Positions 24,842-32,000 of a DNA stretch of 32,000 nucleotides are shown here, one piece after another; the stretch's first letter is position 1; every line of letters starts with the position of its first letter. Position numbers and translations under genes: made by a program. Under the pieces are notes generated by a model. It saw only the letters and a program-made list of their open reading frames with translations, was not told the origin of the DNA and searched no databases. Source of the stretch: Microcystis aeruginosa NIES-2549 (GTDB taxonomy: Bacteria; Cyanobacteriota; Cyanobacteriia; Cyanobacteriales; Microcystaceae). Location: the NCBI RefSeq assembly GCF_000981785.2, contig NZ_CP011304.1, positions 2,190,001 through 2,222,000 of the forward strand. Reading direction: 5' to 3'.

Positions 24842-25109
24842 GGGCGTTGGGTTTCATGCTTCAACCGTTCGGCTGAGCTCACGGCCGAAGCCCAACCTAC
24901 GTTCATTTTATATTTAATTCCACCCACCTACTTACTTAGCAATTGTTCACAGTTTGGAGAGTTTTGTCTGTTAATCAGAGTTTTAGATTCCGATTGAGTC
25001 TCAGGGTTTCGACTTATCCAAAACTCAGATTATCCAAAACTGAGATTTATTTAGTTTTAAGCTGTGAAGATTGGGGAGCGTTTTCTCCTTAGATTAAAAC
25101 ACGACCGTT

Positions 25110-25559
25110 TTATTGTACTCCCTTCGATTGATTCAAGAGATTTTGGTAACATTCGGTCGGGGTACGGTAAGATAAATATTTAAAGGGAGTCTGATTAATT
25201 ATTTCTGCAAATCTTTCGTTATCAACCGCATTGTACTGATCTAATTTAGCGATTAAATTCTTCATGTTATTCATGGAGCTTACCAGACTCCTATTCTCGG
25301 ATTTGAGATAATGAATTTCAGGGGAATCGCCCTCATGCCGATCAATGGTGGTAATTTGAGCGATAATTCCCTTAATTCCCTGCTTGTACGAAGAAATTAA
25401 GGTGTATAAACTCTTTTCCTGAGTAATGAGAAAAATACCTCTCTTCCTGAGATCGAGGACATCAATTCGCCAAGCATTATTATCGGCGATAAAATCTTCT
25501 CTTGACTGCACTTCTCGTTGAAGTCTTTCGGCCGCTTTGCTTGACAAAATCAGATTCAT
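25110..25559 (-). CDS. Hypothetical protein, 149 aa
   Basis: It is an ORF with an ATG start and plausible composition. No motif was recognised. Confidence 0.45.
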   Translation of the reverse strand: MNLILSSKAAERLQREVQSREDFIADNNAWRIDVLDLRKRGIFLITQEKSLYTLISSYKQGIKGIIAQITTIDRHEGDSPEIHYLKSENRSLVSSMNNMKNLIAKLDQYNAVDNERFAEIINQTPFKYLSYRTPTECYQNLLNQSKGVQ

Positions 25560-25905
25560 CTCTAAAAATAAAGTTAATTATTTAATATTATAAACCAACT
25601 AGATTTTTGGTTCTTCGTTACTTGGTATGGTTCGATAGGGGGGCATAAATGGACTAAATCCTTATCTGGCAAGAGATTTAATTGATTAGTTCGCTCTAGA
25701 TCGAAAACAATTAACAAAAATCGCCAAATGTCTTTCTCTATAAGAGTTTAATTCCTTATAACCCTGTACGTTGCATAAGACAAACCGAAGAACCCTAATT
25801 AGGTTTTAGATTCGACCCTTGTTATCAGGGAGCAATGTTACGCGAAAAAACCGAGTTAAATCCCAAAATTAGGCGTTTTTATCGACAAAATTGTCGAATC
25901 GAATT

Positions 25906-26724
25906 TTAAACAAAAACACGATGCTGTAGGGACGGCATTTGTCGTCGCACCTGTTGCAGACGTTGGGGATTAATTTCGGCAATTGCCACCCCCGCTTCTT
26001 CCCCTGCGTCGGCTAAAACCACACCCCAAGGATCGATAATCATAGCGTGACCGTGGGTGTAACGGCGTGCGTAATTATTGCCCGTTTGAGCAGGAGCTAT
26101 TATATAACAAGTATTCTCGATCGCTCGCGCTTGTAACAAAACTTTCCAATGATCTTTCCCTGTAAAAGCCGTAAAGGCTGCGGGTACAAATAAAACATCG
26201 GCTCCTTGCCGCGATAAATAGCGATAGAGTTCGGGAAAACGCACATCATAGCAAATCGAGAGGCCAATTTTGCCCAAGCTATCGGAGCCATAAATCGGCG
26301 GTAAATCGATTCCTGCCATGACTGTACTCGATTCCTGATAGGTGTTACCATCTGGGACATTGACATCAAAGAGATGGACTTTTTGATAACGGGCTAATTC
26401 CGCACCGTTGGCATCAACTAAAATAGCGGTATTATAAGCCTTATCGGGAATACCCGTCACCGGCACGGGAAAACCACCCCCTAAAATAGTTACTTGAAAC
26501 CGTTGGGCCATGGTGCGGAGGAATTTATCGGCTTTTCGAGCAATAGTCTCGGCCTGGGCGATTTTATCGCTTTCTGCCCCCATAAAGGCGAAATTTTCTG
26601 GTAAACCGATTAATTCCGCCCCTTTACCCACGGCAAGTTCGATCAACTCTTCAGCGGCAGCGAGATTTTTCTCTAAATCCGGCTGACTGGTCATTTGAAT
26701 GGCGGCGGCGAGATAGGATTTCAT
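25906..26724 (-). CDS. Carbon-nitrogen hydrolase family protein (Nit/omega-amidase-like)
   Basis: The Glu-Lys-Cys triad contexts are GLPENF, YQKVHLFD and LSICYDVRFPE. Confidence 0.9.
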   Translation of the reverse strand: MKSYLAAAIQMTSQPDLEKNLAAAEELIELAVGKGAELIGLPENFAFMGAESDKIAQAETIARKADKFLRTMAQRFQVTILGGGFPVPVTGIPDKAYNTAILVDANGAELARYQKVHLFDVNVPDGNTYQESSTVMAGIDLPPIYGSDSLGKIGLSICYDVRFPELYRYLSRQGADVLFVPAAFTAFTGKDHWKVLLQARAIENTCYIIAPAQTGNNYARRYTHGHAMIIDPWGVVLADAGEEAGVAIAEINPQRLQQVRRQMPSLQHRVFV

Positions 26725-26810
26725 GGGGGTTGAAGCTCTAGAGTCAGATAATCTCTGTAAAATTAATCATAACCTTCGATTATATCCAATTTCAGATATT
26801 TTGTCACCCC

Positions 26811-27443
26811 ATGAGTAAAATTGTTTTCTGTGACTTTGATGGCACTATCACCGCCGTGGAAACCTTTGCGGGTATGCTCAAAGAATTCGCCCCCGATTTA
26901 TCAGCCCAAATTATGCCCCAAATGTACGCCCGCACTCTCAGTCTGCGCCAGGGTGTCCGTCAACTACTAGAGTCGATACCGAGCCAAAAATACGCCGATA
27001 TTATCGCCTATGCCGAAAGCAAGCCAATTCGCCCTGGATTAGCTGAATTTCTCGCTTTTTTACAGGAGCAATCCATCCCTTTTATTATTATCTCCGGTGG
27101 TATCCAAGGCATGATTGAAACGGTCTTAAAACGGGAGGGACTATTAGATAAGGTAACGGCAATTTATGGTGTCAATCTTCATACTCAAGGGGAATATTTG
27201 CAAGTTCATTCCGATTGGGAAAATGAGACAGAATTAGTGGCTAAAGCCTTGATTATGGCTAAATATTCAGGAGTAGAAACTATTGCGATCGGTGATTCCG
27301 TTACCGATATTACCATGGCTAGAAGGGCCGATCTAGTTTTTGCTAGGGATCGTTTAATCGATTATCTGCAAGCGGAAAATCACCCCTATATTCCTTGGGA
27401 TAACTTTTTTGAGATTCGCGAATATCTGTTATTGAGAGATTAG
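26811..27443 (+). CDS. HAD-IB family phosphatase (MtnX-like)
   Basis: HAD motif I is FCDFDGTIT and motif IV is IGDSVTD. It is 210 aa. Confidence 0.75.
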   Translation: MSKIVFCDFDGTITAVETFAGMLKEFAPDLSAQIMPQMYARTLSLRQGVRQLLESIPSQKYADIIAYAESKPIRPGLAEFLAFLQEQSIPFIIISGGIQGMIETVLKREGLLDKVTAIYGVNLHTQGEYLQVHSDWENETELVAKALIMAKYSGVETIAIGDSVTDITMARRADLVFARDRLIDYLQAENHPYIPWDNFFEIREYLLLRD

Positions 27444-27541
27444 GGATTGGCTGTTAATTAGGTAGGGGTTAAAAATTGTCAGATACCCTCCTTGGATTAA
27501 GGGGGGATCAAAGAGGGCGAATGCAATTCGCCCCTACGATA

Positions 27542-27688
27542 AGTAGCTGGTTATAATTAAATTAAAAATGGATTTTAGGTTCGATCCCCCCTCAGTCCTA
27601 GGGTTGATTCATAGTAGGGTTGATTCATGAATCAACCCTACCCTTAGTCCCCCCTTGATAAGGGTGGTGTCTGATAATTTTTAACGCC
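27542..27688. mobile_element. MITE family A copy, 3' end truncated by a family-B MITE fragment (27691..27744); a degenerate inverted half-copy lies at 27461..27509
   Basis: It is near-identical to the copy at 29694..29848, including the internal tagggttgattcatagtagggttgattcatgaatcaaccctaccc. It is followed by agtagtcgtgcaaaattaatttcctagtgaagataggcaagagg, which equals one end of the 19651-19744 element in inverted orientation. Confidence 0.75.
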
Positions 27689-27951
27689 TAAGTAGTCGTG
27701 CAAAATTAATTTCCTAGTGAAGATAGGCAAGAGGCAAGAGGCAATGATTTTTGCCGTCTTATTCCCAAGCTCCGCCTGGAAATGATTTTTGAAAGCGCTG
27801 CCTTCTGTAAAGATTACTCAGGAGGCAGAGACTCTCATTAAACAACGAGAGGTTTTAAAATCCAAGACCAACCCGTTAAAAGATTTTTTACTACCCTACT
27901 CTTAAGGGTAACAATAATTATAAATTTTTGTAAATTTGTGTTGGTTTACAC

Positions 27952-27979
27952 TTGACAAAATCGGGGGGGGGGGTAAAAT
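27952..27979 (+). promoter_or_regulatory. Consensus-like sigma70-type promoter whose spacer contains a G11 homopolymer
   Basis: TTGACA (27952-27957), then the 16-nt spacer aaatc+G11 (G run 27963-27973), then TAAAAT (27974-27979). It lies about 170 nt upstream of the PEP-CTERM gene on the same strand. Confidence 0.5.
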
Positions 27980-28150
27980 CCCGTTGTTGCTCTGTCTTGT
28001 CATTGAGGAACTAGCTTAAAATTTAGTGATTGGCAATTTTGAAAAAATCAATTTTTCTCCCTTGCCAATGTCGCTTAATTTGAGATTTTCTCCTTTAAAG
28101 GGCAGTCAGAACATTTGTTTGTTTATTTGTTTTGAGGAAAATTTCCGAAC

Positions 28151-28822
28151 ATGAAAACTTCGACTGTGCTTAAAAAGTTATCGATAGTTAGTGCTGGAGC
28201 AACATCTATTGCTCTTGCAACCATGGGAACAGCGTCAGCATCTATAATTTTTGATGGGGGTGGTCCAGATCAAAAGGATGCAAGTGAAATGACGAAATGG
28301 GTACAGACACAGGATTTTATTCTTAGTCAGGATATTGGGACAAGGCTAACAGATGTTCATTTCTGGACGCTTGAGGCTCCAGGTGCATGGGATGGAACCC
28401 TCGACTACTTTGTATTCGCAAATGCAGGCGGTCAGCCGGCCAGTACCCCCTTTGCTCAAGGCGCAGGGGCTAACGTGGTGAAGACGGCAACTGGCAACCA
28501 ACCTTTTGGTTTCAACGAATATGCTTATTCGTTCGATCTTCAGACTCCTCTCGATTTATCGGCAAATACAACATACTGGCTAGGTTTACACCTTTCCAGC
28601 AACTTTGACCAGGACAAGATTTATTGGAGTACAACAACTCCAGGTGTTGGTTCAACAGGTCAACAATCCTCCAGCGGGACTTTCAACAACTGGTCTAATA
28701 ATGGACTACACCATGCTTTTTACCTAACAGGTCAAAAAGTCCCCGAACCTGCTTCAGTCTTAGGTTTACTCGCCATCGGTGCTTTGGGTGCTGGTTCAGT
28801 CTTGAAGCGCAAATTAAAATAA
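28151..28822 (+). CDS. PEP-CTERM sorting-domain secreted protein
   Basis: It has an N-terminal signal peptide (..ATMGTASA) and the C-terminal VPEPASVLGLLAIGALGAGSVLKRKLK (PEP motif + TM + basic tail). Confidence 0.85.
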   Translation: MKTSTVLKKLSIVSAGATSIALATMGTASASIIFDGGGPDQKDASEMTKWVQTQDFILSQDIGTRLTDVHFWTLEAPGAWDGTLDYFVFANAGGQPASTPFAQGAGANVVKTATGNQPFGFNEYAYSFDLQTPLDLSANTTYWLGLHLSSNFDQDKIYWSTTTPGVGSTGQQSSSGTFNNWSNNGLHHAFYLTGQKVPEPASVLGLLAIGALGAGSVLKRKLK

Positions 28823-28935
28823 AAAACTGGCAAATCTAGCTTTAAATTGGCAGTGATCGCGCTCTATTGATAAAGTGCGATCGCTTTTTTGGTTATAATA
28901 GTTAAAGACACGATAAATTGATTCAAGTCAAGCCC

Positions 28936-29360
28936 ATGCCACTAACTCTTAATTTAACATCGGAAATCAAACAATATCTCAGCCAAAAAGCGAGGGAGAA
29001 AGGTCTTTCTCTAGAAGATTATGTCCTCAAGCTAAGTAGGTAGGCGTTAAAAATTATCAGACACCACCCTTATCAAGGGTAGGGTTGATTCATGAATCAA
29101 CCCTACCTTATCAAGGGGAGCAGGGGGGATCGAACCTAAAATCCATTTTTAATTTAATTATAACGAGCTACTTACTTAAAGATACTATTTTAGAACAAGA
29201 AAAACAGACCAAACTGGTTAATTTACTTCAATCTTGGATTGATGAAGAAGATGAACAGGAACAACAAGAAACAGGTGAATATTTAATCGAAGCACTCAAT
29301 CAAGATCGTTTATCTGAGCGTCCTTTATTTCCGGCTGAATTAAAGGGAGTAACTTGGTGA
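28936..29360 (+). pseudogene. Antitoxin gene split by a MITE (family A, inverted, 29035..29172)
   Basis: MPLTLNLTSEIKQYLSQKAREKGLSLEDYVLKL runs into a stop inside the element at 29041. Deleting 138 bp plus one TA (140 nt) rejoins it in frame to LKDTILEQEKQ...ELKGVTW. Confidence 0.7.
29035..29172. mobile_element. MITE family A copy (inverted orientation), TA target duplication
   Basis: It runs agtaggtaggcgttaaaaattatcagacacc ... aatttaattataacgagctact, flanked by TA/TA. Confidence 0.8.
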
Positions 29361-29635
29361 ATAGAGTAGTTTTATTAGATACGGGAATTATCGGTTTAAT
29401 TACTAATCCTAAGCGAGCGCCTGAAAGTCTAGCTTGTAATTGTTGGCTACAAACACTAATTAAAGCAGGTATTAGGGTTATTCTTCCAGAAATTGCTGAT
29501 TATGAGGTGCGTCGAGAGTTGTTACGCGCTAACAAGATTAAAGGAATTAAGCGACTGGATGAGTTAGCATGGGTTACGCTACCGCTAACCCATCCTACAA
29601 ATAATTGTGCGTCCGTACTTATGACAAAATATTGA
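29354..29635 (+). pseudogene. PIN-domain (VapC-like) toxin truncated after about 71 codons by a dispersed repeat
   Basis: VVLLDTGIIGLI is the PIN N-terminal Asp motif, and the GTGA overlap with the antitoxin stop is typical. From nt 29567 the reading frame runs into the 44-bp repeat also found at 24798, and the C-terminal half of a PIN domain is missing. Confidence 0.65.
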
Positions 29636-29693
29636 TCGGGAGAAACTTTAACTCTTTTTTTGACTATCTCTGGTAATTAAATAATCATTGTTA

Positions 29694-29848
29694 AGTAGCT
29701 GGTTATAATTAAATTAAAAATGGATTTTAGGTTCGATCCCCCCTCAGTCCTAGGGTTGATTCATAGTAGGGTTGATTCATGAATCAACCCTACCCTTAGT
29801 CCCCCCTTGATCAGGGTGGTGTCTGATAATTTTTAACGCCTACCTACT
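29694..29848. mobile_element. MITE family A copy (155 bp), TA target duplication
   Basis: It has the same termini as the other copies, flanked by TA/TA, and is nearly identical to 27542-27688. Confidence 0.8.
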
Positions 29849-29886
29849 TATCTCCCATTAACCTGAAGAGTAATTATCTAAAATCC

Positions 29887-30654
29887 TTATTCATCCCCTA
29901 AATAAGCTTCAATCACTGCGCGATTCTCCCTGACTGTGGCTGGATCTCCCAAAGCGATTAACTTACCGAAATCTAACACGGCAATGCGATCGCATAATCC
30001 CATCACTAAAGGCACATGATGTTCGATTAACAGGACGGTTAAAGCTAAATTATCGCGAATTTGTCGAATTAGCTGACTTAATGACCCCTTTTCGCTAGGA
30101 TTCATCCCAGCTGCCGGTTCATCGAGGAGCAATAACTGGGGTTGCAAAGCTAAAGCGCGGGCAATTTCCAAGCGTCTTTGATCACCATAGGCTAAATTAC
30201 GGGCTTTTCGATTGCTTTGGTCGGTTAATCCGACTAAATCTAATAATTCCGCTGCTCTTTTATAGGTTTTTTCCTCCTCCCTTCTCGAAACTGGTAAACC
30301 CAAAATTCCTGTCCAAAGATTGGCTCTATTGTGAATGTGACCAGCGATCGCTACATTTTCTAAAGCCGATAATTCACCAAATAAGCGCAAATTCTGGAAA
30401 GTACGGGCAATTCCTGCCTGAGCGATCTGGTGAGGACGATAATTCGCCAGACTGTCGCCTTGATAAATTAAATCACCACTCGATAGGGGAATTAAACCGG
30501 TGATCAGATTAAATAAAGTCGTTTTTCCCGCCCCATTGGGTCCAATTAAGCCAAAAATCTCGTTTTTTTGTACCTGAAAGCCAACGCCATCGACAGCGAC
30601 TAATCCCCCAAATCGACGGGTGGCTCCCCGCACTTCTAATAAATTTGCTTGCAT
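29887..30654 (-). CDS. ABC transporter ATP-binding protein, LivG-like (branched-chain amino acid/urea-type)
   Basis: Walker A is GPNGAGKTT, the signature region is AYGDQRRLEIARAL, Walker B is LLLLDEPAAGMN, the H-loop is IEHH, and a LivG-type insertion is present (NLWTGILGLPVSRREE). Confidence 0.85.
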   Translation of the reverse strand: MQANLLEVRGATRRFGGLVAVDGVGFQVQKNEIFGLIGPNGAGKTTLFNLITGLIPLSSGDLIYQGDSLANYRPHQIAQAGIARTFQNLRLFGELSALENVAIAGHIHNRANLWTGILGLPVSRREEEKTYKRAAELLDLVGLTDQSNRKARNLAYGDQRRLEIARALALQPQLLLLDEPAAGMNPSEKGSLSQLIRQIRDNLALTVLLIEHHVPLVMGLCDRIAVLDFGKLIALGDPATVRENRAVIEAYLGDE

Positions 30655-30928
30655 CCTTGTTAACAGATTAAATTAGTCGATTTTACTCGATCAAGACGAT
30701 TGGAAGTAAGCATTGCACCAACCAAAAAAAAGATATTTGTCAGGAGATTTACCCTGAAAGAATCAGTTGTAGAGATTTATCGGGCAGTTATTTTGGTCAG
30801 GAAACATTTTACACAATCCCCACCAGATAAGCAAGACGGCTCACCACTACCAGCGAATCACTACCGATAACGAAAAACTGCCATAATTGCAGAAATGTCC
30901 TCATCTAGCCAAAAGGCGATCGCTATTG

Positions 30929-32000
30929 ATGAAAAATGACGCTAAAATTATCGATCTCGTCATCCGGCTGTTTTTTCTGGGCCTGTTGTTATTTGCTGGT
31001 TTTACCCTGCTGCGTCCCTTCCTAACCATGATCCTCTGGGGAGCAATTCTAGCGATCGCTTGGTATCCGCTCTTTCTCTGGTTAAAAAAGTTACTCGCTG
31101 GCCGGGCGAAACTGGCCACAGTTCTCCTCACCCTACTTTGTCTAGGGATTATTATCGGTCCGGTGAGTGGCATTGCAGCGGTTCTGGCGGGTAATCTGCG
31201 AACGATGGCCGAGTATATCGATACTGGTGCGGCGCTGATTCCCCCTCCCCCCGCCGATGTGGCCACCTGGCCGCTGATTGGCGAAAGGATTGCCAGTCTC
31301 TGGCAGCAGGCATCGGATAACACGGGTCAATTTCTTCAACGCTTCGAGCCACAATTAAAAGAACTGGGGAAAATCTCCCTTTCCCTAGCCACCAGTACCG
31401 GTCTGACGGTGCTGAAATTTATCGCCTCGATTCTGATTGCGGCGGCCCTCACCCTCTCGGCTAAAAATCTGACTCGCCTGATGAACCGGTTAGCGGAAAA
31501 GATCGCCCCGGGTAGAGGAATCGCGCTGGCCAGTCTTACCGCCTCCACCGTCCGCAATGTTAGCCGTGGTGTTATTGGCGTTGCTATTATCCAGAGTCTT
31601 TTGATCGGCATCGGTTTAGTGACGGTGGGAACGCCTGCGGCCGGTTTATTAACTCTCCTCACCCTAATTTTGGGTATTCTGCAAATTGGCCCCGGTTTGA
31701 TTGTCTTGGGGGCGCTCATTCACGCTTGGGTAACACTACCCCATTCCATCGCCCTATTATTTACCCTCTGGATGATTCCCGCCACCCTGGTGGATAATTT
31801 CCTCAAGCCGATCTTAATGGGGCGCGGTCTGCCCATTCCTATGGTGGTGATTCTGTTGGGGGTGTTCGGGGGAGTGATCGCCTACGGGATTATCGGTTTG
31901 TTCGTCGGACCGGTTCTGCTCGGTCTCTGCTACGAGTTAGTTAGGGCTTGGATTGGCGAGGATAGCCCCGAACCAGTGGCAAATAGCCATGATGAGCCAA
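30929..32000 (+). CDS. AI-2E family transporter (PerM/UPF0118-like permease), 3' end outside the window
   Basis: This gene is not in the ORF track because it has no stop inside the window. Hand translation from ATG 30929 gives MKNDAKIIDLVIRLFFLGLLLFAGFTLLRPFLTMILWGAILAIAWYPLF...VDNFLKPILMGRGLPIPMVVILLGVFGGVIAYGIIGLFVGPVLLG, with multiple TM helices and the typical family motif. The frame is open to nt 32000. Confidence 0.85.
   Translation, partial: MKNDAKIIDLVIRLFFLGLLLFAGFTLLRPFLTMILWGAILAIAWYPLFLWLKKLLAGRAKLATVLLTLLCLGIIIGPVSGIAAVLAGNLRTMAEYIDTGAALIPPPPADVATWPLIGERIASLWQQASDNTGQFLQRFEPQLKELGKISLSLATSTGLTVLKFIASILIAAALTLSAKNLTRLMNRLAEKIAPGRGIALASLTASTVRNVSRGVIGVAIIQSLLIGIGLVTVGTPAAGLLTLLTLILGILQIGPGLIVLGALIHAWVTLPHSIALLFTLWMIPATLVDNFLKPILMGRGLPIPMVVILLGVFGGVIAYGIIGLFVGPVLLGLCYELVRAWIGEDSPEPVANSHDEP

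Noticed and set aside
25880-25897. The short palindrome tcgacaa-aa-ttgtcga just downstream of the C-N hydrolase stop as a terminator
   Set aside because: The stem is only 7 bp and AT-rich, with no convincing U-tract on the transcribed strand, so support is too weak to annotate.
26100-26369. 89-aa minus-strand ORF inside the C-N hydrolase gene
   Set aside because: It is an alternative frame of a CDS with an intact Glu-Lys-Cys triad, so it is spurious.
29085-29360. The 91-aa ORF taken as an intact gene
   Set aside because: Its first ~29 codons are translated MITE sequence (MIHESTLPYQGEQGGSNLKS...). Only the part from LKDTIL onward belongs to the interrupted antitoxin.
24649-29848. The repeated ~150-bp elements as a possible CRISPR array
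   Set aside because: The spacing is irregular (kilobases apart) and orientations are mixed. The elements carry terminal inverted repeats and TA target duplications, and there are no short uniform spacers or cas genes. They are MITEs.
30901-31719. Four minus-strand ORFs (30901..31323, 31142..31354, 31152..31352, 31336..31719) in the ORF track
   Set aside because: They are Arg/Pro-rich, low-complexity antisense translations of a GC-rich region. The plus strand encodes a convincing AI-2E permease from ATG 30929 that is missing from the track only because it has no stop in the window.

Overview
This 32-kb window reads like an accessory-rich stretch of a Microcystis-type cyanobacterial chromosome. 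That is an inference from the frequent HIP1 GCGATCGC palindromes, GAATTAT/GAATGAT heptamer arrays, TA-targeting MITEs, ycf34 and a PEP-CTERM protein; no database search was possible. Housekeeping-like genes sit at the edges. At the left edge is an LptD-like beta-barrel fragment at 2-1447. From 23.1 kb onward come ycf34, a CCA-adding enzyme, a C-N hydrolase, a HAD phosphatase, a PEP-CTERM protein, a LivG-like ABC ATPase and an AI-2E permease that runs off the window. Between about 1.46 and 22.9 kb lies a visibly AT-rich island packed with conflict-type genes. It holds a 1251-aa NACHT-WD40 STAND NTPase and a JAB/MPN metallopeptidase. Next to them is a tightly coupled operon encoding a three-module FtsK/SpoIIIE (EssC/EccC-like) ATPase, a single-pass membrane partner, three 81-132-aa helical proteins sharing a [W/F]-Q-[D/G] turn motif (WXG100-like) and a 333-aa coiled-coil protein. 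The island also carries two small Sec-signal proteins, a split NB-ARC + TPR STAND pair, a RelE/antitoxin pair, XisH/XisI, decayed VapBC modules and an MmeI-like restriction-modification enzyme. The headline candidate is the type VII secretion-like or conflict module at about 5.4-12.3 kb, possibly functionally extended to the NACHT-WD40 gene at 1.6 kb. Four other structures stand out. First, 57-bp direct repeats (a hairpin terminator plus the last codons of a PIN gene) bracket a 5.3-kb RelBE-XisHI-MmeI segment. Second, a 38-bp exact copy of the NB-ARC Walker-B coding segment sits in an intergenic region 4.5 kb away. Third, a G11 tract forms the spacer of a consensus-like promoter upstream of the PEP-CTERM gene. 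Fourth, several MITE copies carry TA target-site duplications, one of which splits an antitoxin gene. No rRNA, tRNA or CRISPR array was recognised.
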